From the NCBI GenBank assembly GCA_963822075.1, contig CAWGGP010000001.1, forward strand, positions 298,916 through 362,915: 64,000 nucleotides of DNA. Direction: 5' to 3'. Every line of letters begins with the position of its first letter. Position 1 is the stretch's first letter. Source of the DNA: Candidatus Aminicenantes bacterium (lineage in GTDB: Bacteria; Acidobacteriota; Aminicenantia; UBA2199). Shown in pieces: positions 40,983 to 51,402 of this stretch. A program made the translations under genes and the position numbers. A model generated the notes under the pieces. That model had not been told where the DNA came from. It ran no database searches and saw nothing but the letters and a program-made list of their open reading frames with translations.

Positions 40983-42821
40983 ATGGTTTTTTTTATCCTG
41001 CTGCTGGCACTTTCATCTCGCTTGCCCGGCGCCGGGGTCGATGTCGCCTGCGCCCCCCTGCGGGTGACGGCGCGGCAGGGCGAGATGGTCACCCTGCATT
41101 TCGTGGTGCGCAACCTTTCCGCCTACACCCTGGAGCAGGCGGGCAATTTTTTCCTCTCCTACCACGCCCGCGATCGTGCCGGCAACATGGCGAGCTTCGA
41201 CAACCGGCGCTTCCCCCTGCCCGCGGCGATCAAGCCGGGCGCCACGGCGCGCTTCTCCCTGCCTGTCTACTTCAACCTCGCCCCGGGGGCGTACCGGCTG
41301 GAATGGGACCTGGTCCGCGAAGGGGAATTCTGGGGCCGCGACAAGGCCTGGCGCACCGCCGGCGTCGAGCTGCGCCTGCTGCCGCTCGTCGCCCCGGAGT
41401 TCAGGGACTTCTGGCTGCCGACCCGCTACGTCGGCGGCCCGCCGTGGCTGGACGCCGAGCAATACCTGCTGCGCCAGGTGTTCCGCAACAACGAGATCCG
41501 TTCCCGGGGGAAGTTCTTCGGCTTCGCCGCCGGCACGACCTATCCCCAGGTCTGGATCCGCGACACCTCGACCATGATTGGTTACGCCAGGTTTTTTTAC
41601 CCGTTGCCCGACCTGCAGGGCATGCTGGACCGCTTTTTCCTGACCCAGGGCCGGGAAGGGGAGATCCAGGACTGGGTGGACACGGTCGGGCGCTGCGACA
41701 AGAATACGGTCGAGAGCGACCAGGAGAGTTCGCTGGTCCTGGCCGCCTGGCAACTGGCCCTGGACGATCCTGCCTGGTTCACCTACAGCGTGGCCGGGAT
41801 CTCCCGGCTGCGCCGGCTGGACATGGCCCTGGAATGGCTGTGGCGGCATCGGCTCGACGCCAAGCGCGGCCTCATCTGGAGCGGCTTCACCGCCGACTGG
41901 GGCGACGTCGAGCGCTCCTACGCCGACCAGCGCGCCATCAAGCTCTCCGACCGGTCGCAGCGGACCTACTCGACCTATGCCCAGGCCCTCTTCGTCCAGG
42001 CGGCGGAAAAGCTGGCCCGGATGGCCGAGCGCCTCGGCGACAATTCCGGGGCGGGCAAGTGGCTCCAGAGGGGGAAAACGGTCGCCGCCGAGTGCCGCAG
42101 GCAGCTCTACCTTGCCGACAAGGGGTATTTCATTGTCCATCGCGTCGAGAACAAAGATGAGGTCCTCCGCTGGGAGCGAAATATCCTCGCCGTTGGCGGC
42201 AACGCCGAAGCCATGCGCGCCGGGCTGCTGAGCAAGGCCGAGATCGCCCGCTTTCTGGGCGTGCTGGAAGCGAAACGCGGACAGCTCGGCCTGCGCTCGG
42301 TCTCCTTCACGCTGCTGCCTCCCTTTCCCGAGAACTTCTTTCCCCACCCGCTGCTGCGCCTCCCCTGGAGCTACCAGAACGGCGGCGAGTGGGACTGGAT
42401 CGGCGGCCGCCTGGTCTCGGCCCTGTACCGGTCGGGCTTCCGCGACAAGGCCGAAGAATTCCTGCGCGAGATCGCCGTCAAGAACCTGGCCGAGATGAAT
42501 ATTTTCGAATGGTCGGACAAGGGCGGCGGCGGCCAGGGGGCGTCGTTCTACGCCGGGGCCGCCGGCATTCTGGGCGAGGCGATCCTGGGCGGCCATTTCG
42601 GGCTGTGGGAGGATTTTGACCGCTACACCCTGCCGGCGGGGGCCGAGCGCTTCTCGCTCACGGTCGCCAAGGCAGGCGACCGCTTCACCATTGACAATTC
42701 CGATCGTCTGGTGATCGATATCGCCGCTCTGCCAAAGAAGGAAGTATGTGTGCTGATTGGTTCTGGTGGCGAAAAAATCTGTACAAGATATAATAGAACT
42801 ATTGTGAAAAGTAAAAAGTGA
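40983..42821 (+). CDS. Exported protein: Ig-like N-domain plus (alpha/alpha)6 glycosidase-like domain
   Basis: Signal peptide; PG.Y.LEWDLV.EG..W Ig-like motif; YPQVWIRD and SYQNGG.W.W motifs of six-hairpin glycosidases. Confidence 0.65.
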   Translation: MVFFILLLALSSRLPGAGVDVACAPLRVTARQGEMVTLHFVVRNLSAYTLEQAGNFFLSYHARDRAGNMASFDNRRFPLPAAIKPGATARFSLPVYFNLAPGAYRLEWDLVREGEFWGRDKAWRTAGVELRLLPLVAPEFRDFWLPTRYVGGPPWLDAEQYLLRQVFRNNEIRSRGKFFGFAAGTTYPQVWIRDTSTMIGYARFFYPLPDLQGMLDRFFLTQGREGEIQDWVDTVGRCDKNTVESDQESSLVLAAWQLALDDPAWFTYSVAGISRLRRLDMALEWLWRHRLDAKRGLIWSGFTADWGDVERSYADQRAIKLSDRSQRTYSTYAQALFVQAAEKLARMAERLGDNSGAGKWLQRGKTVAAECRRQLYLADKGYFIVHRVENKDEVLRWERNILAVGGNAEAMRAGLLSKAEIARFLGVLEAKRGQLGLRSVSFTLLPPFPENFFPHPLLRLPWSYQNGGEWDWIGGRLVSALYRSGFRDKAEEFLREIAVKNLAEMNIFEWSDKGGGGQGASFYAGAAGILGEAILGGHFGLWEDFDRYTLPAGAERFSLTVAKAGDRFTIDNSDRLVIDIAALPKKEVCVLIGSGGEKICTRYNRTIVKSKK

Positions 42822-42901
42822 AAAGTGAAAGGTAAAAACCAGAACCAGAAATAGATTTTGGAAGTTTCTTAACTATTCACATTTCACTTTTCACGTTTCA
42901 C
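42804..42901. repeat. Inverted array of heptamer repeats (GTGAAAA)n ... (TTTTCAC)n between convergent genes
   Basis: Five GT(G/A)AAA(A/G) units at 42804-42838 and four xxTTCAC units at 42874-42901. Confidence 0.85.
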
Positions 42902-42905
42902 TAAT

Positions 42906-44001
42906 TTATTTGCGCAGCTTGAGCGATTCTTTGATGAAGCCGATGATGTCGCCGTCGAGGACGCGCTGGACGTCGCCGCGCTCGATGCCGGTGCGGTGGT
43001 CCTTGATGCTCTGGTAGGGCTGCATCACGTAAGAACGGATCTGGTTGCCCCAGGCGATGCCGCCCTTGGTGTCCTCGATCTTGTCCTTGGCCTGCTGCTG
43101 GTGCTTCAATTCCAGGTCGTAGAGCCGCGAGCGCAGCATCTTCATGGCCCGGTCCTTGTTCTGGTGCTGCGAGCGCTCGCTCTGGCACTGCACCACGGTG
43201 TTGGTCGGCAGGTGGGTGATGCGCACGGCGGAGTCGGTGCGGTTGACGTGCTGGCCGCCCTTGCCCGAGGAGCGGTAGGTGTCGATGCGCAGGTCCTTGG
43301 CGAGGTCGATGTCGATGGTGATCGAATCGTCCACTTCCGGGATGACGAATACGGCGGCGAACGAGGTATGGCGGCGCTTGTTGGCGTCGAAGGGCGAGAT
43401 GCGCACCAGGCGGTGGACGCCGATCTCTTCTTTCAGGTAGCCGAAGGCGAACTCGCCTTCGAAGCGCACGGTGACGCTCTTGATGCCCGCTTCCTCGCCG
43501 GGCAGGATGTCGGTGATCTCGGCCTTGAAGCCCAGGCGCTCGCCGAAGCGCAGGTACATGCGCAGCAGGATCTCGGCCCAGTCCTGGCTCTCGGTGCCGC
43601 CGGCGCCGGGGTGGATGCTCAGGAAGGCGTTGCTGGCGTCGCTTTCGCCGTTGAGATAATGCTTGACCTCGGTTTCCTCGACGTATTCCTGGAAATGGGT
43701 CATTTTATCTTCCAGTTCCGGGAGCAGGTCGGGGTCTTCGTCGATCAGCTGGAAATAGGTCTCCAGTTCCTCGACCGTGAAATCCAGTTTCCCGTCCACT
43801 TGCAGGAAACTATTCAGGACCTTTTTTTCCTTCTGCAGGCGCGCCGCCTCCTGTGGTTTGTTCCATATGGCGGGATCGGTCAGCTTAAGGTCGATTTCCT
43901 TTATGCGGTCGGCTTTCTTGGCGATTTCAAAGAAACCCCCGAAGGTCGGTGGCTTTCTTCTTCAGCTCGGCGAACAGGTTTTTGAGTTGAACGAGTTCCA
44001 T
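42906..44001 (-). CDS. prfB: Peptide chain release factor 2 with programmed +1 frameshift
   Basis: SPF and GGQ motifs; ATG 44001 ... CGG GGG TTT CTT TGA A, and the +1 frame continues [13 protein letters not shown] into ORF 42906..43799. Confidence 0.96.
43926..43941 (-). promoter_or_regulatory. prfB frameshift cassette (internal SD-like GGGGG, CTT TGA)
   Basis: CGGGGGTTTCTTTGAA on the minus strand. Confidence 0.92.
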
Positions 44002-44007
44002 GGAGCG

Positions 44008-44036
44008 ATTGTAGCGGGTTTAGCTCACCCAGTCAA
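44008..44036 (-). promoter_or_regulatory. Sigma70 promoter of prfB (leaderless)
   Basis: TTGACT-N17-TACAAT, then 6 nt, then ATG. Confidence 0.7.
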
Positions 44037-44170
44037 GAACCTTCTCAAGGGAAGCCAAAGGGAAGAGAGAGGGAAAGGCAGAGGGAAGACTCTGATTTCC
44101 AGGCAATTTGCCTGCAATGGGGTTTTATACTATAATTCGAGCGTTTTCACGGGGCAATACAAGGAAAAAA

Positions 44171-44929
44171 ATGAAGGAAATCCTGGAACGAGTTCATGTC
44201 GTGCTGGTCGAGCCCAAGAACCCGGGCAACATCGGCTCGGTGGTCAGGGCCATGAAGAACATGGGCCTCTCCCGCCTGCGCCTGGTCAACCCCGTGCCCT
44301 TCCGCGACGAGGCGGAGCAGCGGAAGATGGGCTACCGCTCGCAGGAGATCGTCGAAGCCGCCCGCGAGTTCGCCAGCCTCTCCGACGCCCTGCAGGGGAT
44401 GTCGCAGGTGTTCCTGGCCACGGCCAAGGCCGGCAAATGGAAAAGGGATTTCCTTTCGCCCGCCCAGGCCGCCGCGCAGGTGGCCGCCGCGGCCGCCGGG
44501 GAGAAGATCGCCCTGGTCTTCGGCCGCGAGGACAAGGGGATCACCACCGACGAAAGCCAGCTGGCCAATTTCTTCATCCGCATCCCCATGGCGGGGACGT
44601 ACCCGTCCCTGAACCTCTCCCAGGCGGTGATGGTGGTCGTTTACGAGGTCTACAAGGCGATCATGGAAGGAGGGCGCGGGCCCGAGCTGCCGCGCATGGC
44701 CGAGAAAAGGGCCTTCGAGCGCATCACCGCCAACATCTGGGACCTGATGAAGAGCCTGGAGGTGCGCGAGCCCGAGAACGGCCTGTTCCATCGCTCGCTG
44801 AAGCGGGCCTTGAGCCGCACGCGCTGGACCAACGCCGACGTGGCCGTCTTCGACCGCTTCTGCAAGCAGGTGCGCTGGTATGCCGAGGCCCGTTGCCGCC
44901 CCGTGCCGCACAAGGAAAGCAAACCATGA
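44171..44929 (+). CDS. SPOUT RNA methyltransferase, TrmJ/LasT family
   Basis: [40 protein letters not shown]. Confidence 0.9.
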   Translation: MKEILERVHVVLVEPKNPGNIGSVVRAMKNMGLSRLRLVNPVPFRDEAEQRKMGYRSQEIVEAAREFASLSDALQGMSQVFLATAKAGKWKRDFLSPAQAAAQVAAAAAGEKIALVFGREDKGITTDESQLANFFIRIPMAGTYPSLNLSQAVMVVVYEVYKAIMEGGRGPELPRMAEKRAFERITANIWDLMKSLEVREPENGLFHRSLKRALSRTRWTNADVAVFDRFCKQVRWYAEARCRPVPHKESKP

Positions 44930-46309
44930 GATTTTTCAACACCCTGAGCCGCAGCCTGGAAGAATTTCACGAGATCGAAAAAGGAAAGGTCGGCCTCTAC
45001 ACCTGCGGGCCGACGGTCTACGACTTCCCGCATATCGGCAACTACCGCTCCTATGTCTTCGAGGACCTGGTCAAGCGCTTCTTCCTGTTCCTCGGCTTTC
45101 AGGTGAAGCACGTGATGAACATCACCGACATCGACGACAAGACCATCCGCAAGGCCAACGAGACCGGGGTGCCGCTGGGCCAGGTGACGCGGAAATACAT
45201 CGACGCTTTCCACACCGACCTGCGCACCCTGAACATCCTGCCCGCCGATGTCTACCCGCGCGCCACCGAGCATATCCCGGAGATGCTGAAGCTGATCGCG
45301 CTGCTGCTGGAAAAGGGCTTCGCCTATGAGAAGGACGGGTCGGTCTACTTCAGCATCGAGCGTTTCAAGGGATACGGCCGCCTGGCCAATATCGACCGGG
45401 AGAGCCTGAAATCGGGAGCCGCCGTGGATGCCGATGAATATGAAAAGGAGTCCATCCAGGATTTCGTGCTCTGGAAGGGAAAGAAGCCCGGCGAGCCTTC
45501 CTGGCCGGCCCCCTTCGGAGAAGGGCGGCCGGGGTGGCACATCGAGTGCTCGGCCATGAGCATGAAATACCTGGGGCCGCATTTCGACATCCACATGGGC
45601 GGCGTGGACAACATTTTCCCCCACCATGAGAACGAGATCGCCCAATCCGAGGCCGCCAACGGCGAAAAATTCGTCAATTACTGGCTGCACTGCCAGCACC
45701 TGGTCGTGGACAACAAAAAGATGTCCAAGTCCCTGGGCAATTTTTATACGCTGGATGACCTGCTCAAGCGCGGATTCGACCCCATGGTCGTGCGCTACCT
45801 CCTGATCTCCACCCATTACCGCAAGCTACTGAATTTCACCCTGGAAAGCCTGGACGATGGCCGGCCAGGCGCTGGGCCGCGTCAAGAATTTCGTGTTTTC
45901 CCTGAAAAACGTCCAGGCCGAAGGCAAAGTCGACCCCGAGCTGTCCGCCTTGATCGCGGCGAGCCTGGCGGAGTTCAGCCGGAACATGGCCGACGATTTC
46001 AACGTCTCTGGCGCCCTGGGCGTGATGTTCGACCTGATCCACGAGATCAACCCGCGCCTGAACGCGCTGAACCGGGAAGAGGCCGCCGCGGTCCTGGCTT
46101 ACGTCGAGAAGCTGAACACGGTCCTGGGGATCCTGGGCCAGGGCGACGCGGGCCCGCTGGCCGCCGATATAGAAGAGAAGATCGCCCTGCGCGAGAAGGC
46201 CCGCAAGGAAAAAGACTTCGCCCGCGCCGACGCCATCCGCGCCGAATTGAAAAAACAGGGGATCACGCTGCTCGACACGCCGGGCGGGGTGAAGTGGAAA
46301 AAAGAATGA
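44926..46309 (+). CDS. cysS: Cysteine--tRNA ligase (indel near 45856)
   Basis: [32 protein letters not shown]; C-terminus DDFN...ADAIR in ORF 45857..46309. Confidence 0.96.
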
Positions 46310-46349
46310 TCCGCCTTTTTGAGCGGCCGCGCTTAAGGAAAAACCAGAC

Positions 46350-47815
46350 CTAAAAGCGATAATCCAGGGCGAAACCCCGACCTGGGATTCGTTGGTTGTT
46401 GTAGGGCGACTGGCCCGTCAAAATGCAGGTGCCGATGGTATGAGGTATATTCGCCCCGCACGCTCAAGCTGTCATGAACGGGGATGGTATATTTCGCGCT
46501 CAGGCGGTCAGATAGTCGTGGCTTTCATCCGCCTCCAAGGCGGCGTTCTCCAGGGTGTAGATCTGGAAGTGGTTTGGCTTGAGCATGAGCGTTCCCAATT
46601 TCGGATGGCTGAGCCAGAGGTCGCATTTGACGAGTGGCTCCCATGCCGTAATTGTAATCCCGTTGCTCGATCAGGGTGTATTTGTTGTTGCTGGCGCCGA
46701 ACAGCATGGGGCCCAACTGCAGCGACATGTTAAGCTCGAAGCGGCTCCCCAGGGGAAACAGCGAGATCAGCCCGCCGGTCAGTGATGTGCCTCCCATGTG
46801 GATGATTTCGTTTTTCAGGTAATCGTAATGCTGAAAAAGCCCGAGCAGGTGTTTGTGGCCTCCTGGCGTGCGATTGCTTGCCGAACCAAAGGGCATAGGC
46901 GTTGATATTGGAGAGGACTTTCTTGTCCCGGTAGCGGAGTCCCGCCGTTCAGGACGATCAGGTCGAAAGGGACTGCGGGAGACGATATCCCTGGGTGCTT
47001 TCCCCGTATACCATGTCGAAGTCCATCCCCGGGCTCGACTTCAGGTCTGGACAGATCGGCCGTTTCCGAAATAAATTTTTCGCTTACGGCGAAATTGCCG
47101 TGGATCGGTTCCCGGATCTGGCCGTTGACCGACCGCACCCGCCAGGTGTCGCCGGACAGCAGGCGCGTACAGGCCCCTGGTGGGATCCACGATCGCGGCC
47201 AGGATTTCTCGCCACACCCGTTTGCCTCCCGTGGCGGTGTCATCCAGGATCTGGGAGGACAGGCGAAAGAGGACTTCGCCGATGCAGATCCCGCCGGTGG
47301 TGGTCATGATCAGATCATTGGTGCTCGGGCGGGTGTTCTCGCCGAATTCCTCCCAGAGCAGGCTTCCCCCCAGGCGAACGGCATGGATTCCCAGAAATTC
47401 ATGCCCAGAGACCTGGCGGAATTGAAATAGACGGAGCCGTGATACGGGATGGGCGAGGAAATTGGTAAAGAAGGTATCGGCATCGAAGGCAAAACTCGAG
47501 TGCAGGTTATGCTTCCACGTTTGCCAGCTGATGCGGGCATAGTGCTGTTTGGTTACGTACCTGTCCCAGGCCCATACCGTGATATTGCTGAAAACGGTCT
47601 TCAACGCCGCCAGCCGGGTTTTTTGCGCTGCCCGGTCTCCACCGTCGCCCCGGGCTCGCCATTCTTGGTGAGAAATGCGGCACCACTTTCCGCCAGGCCA
47701 ATCCCTGCGGCCTCAGGTAGGGGCTGAGCGTGAATTCCCCCGGCGCCGGGGCGGTCGCCGCCAGGCACGGGATGGCCAGGATCCAAAGGCATGAGAGCAG
47801 CCATACTTTTTTCAT
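46350..47815 (-). pseudogene. DUF3943-like outer-membrane protein with multiple frameshifts
   Basis: Signal peptide MKKVWLL; D.FFTNFLAHP/YHGS.YFNSARS, GSLLWE.FGE...PSTNDLI.T..GG..IGE; C-terminus FALDYRF; at least four frame changes (decay or sequencing error). Confidence 0.65.
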
Positions 47816-47912
47816 TTTCTCCTCCTCGAGCGCCGGCATTTTTCCCGGCCGCTGGCAGGCCAAGGTGCCGGGCATCGCATTTTGGGACGCGGTCCCGTCC
47901 GCAGCGGGCGTG

Positions 47913-48746
47913 TCATTGTGAAGCAAAGGGAATGGCCAGGGAGAGCCCGGCGGCATTGTCCGAAAAATAGGGCTGGAACAGGACGAGGCTTTTTCCCGTC
48001 GGCGCCGCCGATTTTTTATGCTTGCGGGTCAGCCAATGGCCGACGGAGTAGCCGATGATGGCCCCGAAAAACACATCCGACGCCCAGTGCTTGTTCTCGT
48101 AGACGCGGGAACCCAGGCAAAGCGCCGCCGGCACGTACGCCGCCACCTTCAGCCACCACGGCCTGGCATGGTCGGCAAGGATCGTGGAGATCGCCGTGGC
48201 GGCGCTGGTATGCCCCCCGGGGAACGACTGATAATTAAAATGCAACAGCGATTTTTCCGAAAAGGGCCGGAAGGAATCCACGCCCTCGCCCACCTTCGGC
48301 CTGGCCCTGCCGAATGCCGCCTTGATCAAGAACGTGAGCGAGACCGTATAGACGGTCGCCTGGGCGATTTCATAGGCGATCGCCTTGCTCTCATGGCTGC
48401 CGCTCAAGCCGGCATGCAGGGCGAAGATCCCGAAAAGGATCGGGGCCGGGAACGGCCCGCCCCAAAACCGGCCGATCTTATTGGCAGCGGATTTGAGGTA
48501 GCGCGGGTGGGCGAAACATTCATCGCTGATGCGCTGGTCCGCGTTCTTGAGCAGCAAGTAAGCCCCGGCGCAACTCAACCCGAGCTTGAGCCAGTCACCC
48601 GCCCCCCATTGCGCCGGTCGCTTCACGAAATCCCAGGTCTCCGACTTGAAGAGGGAAAAATCGTACTTTTGCGGCGCCGTTTGCGGCGACAGTGAGAACC
48701 TGCAAATAATGGACAGCGCCAACAAGCCAACCGCGATTCTCCTCAT
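47913..48746 (-). CDS. PAP2-family phosphatase
   Basis: KAAFGRARP, FPGGH, SRVYENKHWASD; start placed at MRRIAVG. Confidence 0.88.
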   Translation of the reverse strand: MRRIAVGLLALSIICRFSLSPQTAPQKYDFSLFKSETWDFVKRPAQWGAGDWLKLGLSCAGAYLLLKNADQRISDECFAHPRYLKSAANKIGRFWGGPFPAPILFGIFALHAGLSGSHESKAIAYEIAQATVYTVSLTFLIKAAFGRARPKVGEGVDSFRPFSEKSLLHFNYQSFPGGHTSAATAISTILADHARPWWLKVAAYVPAALCLGSRVYENKHWASDVFFGAIIGYSVGHWLTRKHKKSAAPTGKSLVLFQPYFSDNAAGLSLAIPFASQ

Positions 48747-49004
48747 GGTCAACTCCGAGATCGGACCGGACCTCGCATTCGCCACTAATTTAACGCGGGC
48801 CGGGAATAATGCCCCGGCAATGCAGCCAAAAAGCGAATAATCGAAATAAAGCGGCCGAGTTCCACGATAAAAAACGCTTTGCATCCGGGTTCAAATATCC
48901 ACCATTTCAGATCAGAATCGCCGTGTTTTAATGCATTTGCCTTTTGGGGAGCGGAAAAGTAACTTATGTAATGGCATAGATTAATTTAACGGGAGGTGTG
49001 TATC

Positions 49005-50063
49005 ATGAGCAGCAGGCAAAAATTGATTTGGGCGGGGATCATTGTTTTCCTTCTCAATCCCTTGTTCGTCAAGGCCGACGTGGACGTGGGATTTTTCTAC
49101 GACAGGCTGGCCCCCTATGGCGAATGGGTGTCGGTCGCTCCTTATGGCTGGGTCTGGAGCCCGGCGGACATGTCCCCGGGCTGGCGGCCGTATTCCGACG
49201 GCCGCTGGGTCAATTCGGATTACGGCCTGACCTACGTTTCCGATTATGATTGGGCCTGGGCGTGTTACCATTACGGGCGCTGGATGCATCATGGCGAATA
49301 TGGCTGGCTTTGGGTGCCCGGCGATGTCTGGGGGCCGGCCTGGGTGGCCTGGCGCAGCGGCGGCGGCTTCATCGGCTGGGCTCCCTTGCCTCCCGAGGTC
49401 GGCTGGTCGGCGGGGATCGGCCTGGAATGGGGGGATTTTTCCATGGACAGCGACTTCGACCCGATGTTCTGGTGCTTTGTCGAAGACCAATGGTTTTTCG
49501 AGCCGAGTTTGTTCGACTACATCCTGGTCCCGGCTTTGAACCGGCGCTGCTTCGAACGCTCGGAAAACAGGACCAATTATGCCTTCGACGGCAACCGGGT
49601 GCACGACCGGGGGATCGATGTCGCGGAGCTTGAACGGGCGACCAGGAAGAAAGCCCCCTATTACACGATCGCCGAGGCGACCGGCGAGAAACCGGGCGTC
49701 AGGATCAGGGGTCGCGAATTGCTTGCTTTTCAGCCCAGGATAACCAGCCTGAAATCCGGGCGCAACCCGGAGAACGTGATCCATGAAAAGCGGCTGGAAT
49801 CCATCGACGGGGTCATGGCCAGGCAGCAGCTGGAGAGGGAAAACATGATCGATGTGCAGAAGAAGCAACTGGAGAAATTGCAGCGCGAGCACCTGAACGA
49901 GATGAAAAAATACAAGGATCCGGCCATGCACGGCGAAATGGCCCAGCAGCATGAAAATGAAAAAAGGGCCCAGGCGGCATTGCATATCCAGCAAATGAAC
50001 GAGCTGACGGCGCGGCAGTCCAGGGAGATCTCGACCATGAACGAGCAAAGGAAGAAAAAATAA
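49005..50063 (+). CDS. DUF6600-like Trp/Gly-rich exported protein with C-terminal coiled coil
   Basis: FYD.LAPYG.W, GWRPY..GRW, YHYGRW, WVPG..WGPAWV.WR, GWAPLPP; GGAGG SD. Confidence 0.8.
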   Translation: MSSRQKLIWAGIIVFLLNPLFVKADVDVGFFYDRLAPYGEWVSVAPYGWVWSPADMSPGWRPYSDGRWVNSDYGLTYVSDYDWAWACYHYGRWMHHGEYGWLWVPGDVWGPAWVAWRSGGGFIGWAPLPPEVGWSAGIGLEWGDFSMDSDFDPMFWCFVEDQWFFEPSLFDYILVPALNRRCFERSENRTNYAFDGNRVHDRGIDVAELERATRKKAPYYTIAEATGEKPGVRIRGRELLAFQPRITSLKSGRNPENVIHEKRLESIDGVMARQQLERENMIDVQKKQLEKLQREHLNEMKKYKDPAMHGEMAQQHENEKRAQAALHIQQMNELTARQSREISTMNEQRKKK

Positions 50064-50102
50064 CGGCGGCCGGAGCCGGGGAGGGAGACGTTTCCGTTGC
50101 GG

Positions 50103-50979
50103 TTAAAAAAGGAAGCCCACGGAGACGCCCCCCCGGCCCGTCATGATGACCGGGGTCGGCATCCGGCGCTTGCGGTGGTTGCGCACGACCAGCTTGCCGA
50201 TGCCGATGCCGACGACGGCCCCGATCGCTACGTCCGAAAGCCAGTGCTTGTACTCGACCGTCCGCGTCAGGCCTTCGACCCCGGCCAGGGCATAGCAAAC
50301 CCACGGCACCCAGCGATGATCCCCGTACTGCTTGGAGATCACCGTGGCCAGGCTGAAGGCCGCCGCCGTATGCCCTGAAAAGAAAGAAGTGAAATCGTTG
50401 GCCCCGCTCGTGCCGATGTATTTGGCCATGCCCCAAATCCCCAGCCAGCGGTCTTGCCCGTCTTCGACGAAAGGCCGTTGCCGGCCGAAGGCATACTTGC
50501 TGAACCCGGCCAGCAGGCTGGTGTGCGCCATGGCTTCCAGTGCCATGAGCCCCGTATCCTTCGCCTTGGGGTCACCTGGCCAGCAAGCCCCCGGCCAGGA
50601 GGCCGCCGGCGATCGCCCAGGCGCCCAGGCCGCCAAGCTGCGTGTAATTTTTGCTGGCGACATGCACCCAGTTATGGCGGTCGTGATAATTGATGATGTC
50701 CTCGGCGATCCGTTCATCCTGGGTATAGATCAGGGCCGGCGGCGGCGAGGATTGCGCCGGCGACCACGAATTGCCTTCCTTTCATCCGTGAAAGGGGAGG
50801 TCCAAATATCCTTTTCATCCTGCCAGAGCTCGCGGAAAAATAGTCGGCTTTTTCAGCGCGGGCTCCTGTTGGCCGACAGGGACATTATCTTGCCCCACGG
50901 CAGCCTGGAGCGTTTCCGCGCCGAGCGGGCCGCAGGCGACAGAAAACAATAGAAGGGAAGCTAGGAATCGATGTTTCAT
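50103..50979 (-). pseudogene. Second PAP2-family phosphatase with several frameshifts in the 5' half
   Basis: KYAFGRQRP, FFSGH, TRTVEYKHWLSD; signal peptide MKHRFLASLLLF at 50979 with AAGGAG SD; about four frame changes. Confidence 0.7.
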
Positions 50980-51032
50980 GTGCGTTTACTCCTTCTTGAT
51001 GACCATGACCGTTTTCCGTTTCCCATAAGGGT

Positions 51033-51051
51033 ATCATAATCTATTTATGAT
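51033..51051. promoter_or_regulatory. 7-5-7 palindrome ATCATAA-N5-TTATGAT, candidate operator
   Basis: Perfect inverted repeat in AT-rich DNA about 55 nt upstream of the PAP2 start. Confidence 0.4.
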
Positions 51052-51197
51052 TATTTTTTAAAAAACTGCCGATCCGTGCAGTGAAAGGACCGGGAAAGCG
51101 GCATATAATCTCGTTCCTGCGCTGCCGCTTTCCGGCAGGGCAATGTAGCTAAAGGCGAACCGGGCGAAGGGGTTTTTCGCGGGGGGGCGATCGTTCG

Positions 51198-51386
51198 CTA
51201 TTCGTATTGGATGACTTCCGCGGGGCAACCGGAGGCCGCTTCCTTGATCAGCTCTTCGAAGGCGCCGTAATCCACCCCGGGCTTGATCTCGGCCAGCTCG
51301 GGCATGGCGAATACCTGGGGGCAGGTGGTTTCGCAAAGCCCGCAGGAGATGCATCCCGCTTCGATCCAGACTTTTGTCAATGCCAT
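51198..51386 (-). CDS. Small single-cluster ferredoxin
   Basis: CISCGLCETTCP...GCPAEVI. Confidence 0.88.
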   Translation of the reverse strand: MALTKVWIEAGCISCGLCETTCPQVFAMPELAEIKPGVDYGAFEELIKEAASGCPAEVIQYE

Positions 51387-51402
51387 TCTATGGTTCGCGC
51401 CA

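Noticed and set aside
42804-42901. CRISPR array
   Set aside because: The units are 7 bp, contiguous and spacer-less; no cas genes and no 25-40 bp repeats were seen in the window.
43777-46353. 858-aa apparent N-terminally extended CysRS
   Set aside because: The open frame runs through the TrmJ gene out of frame; CysRS starts at ATG 44926, overlapping the TrmJ stop.
48884-48904. tRNA-like GGTTCAAAT...CCACCA
   Set aside because: Too short for a T-arm plus acceptor stem, and no D-arm or anticodon arm.
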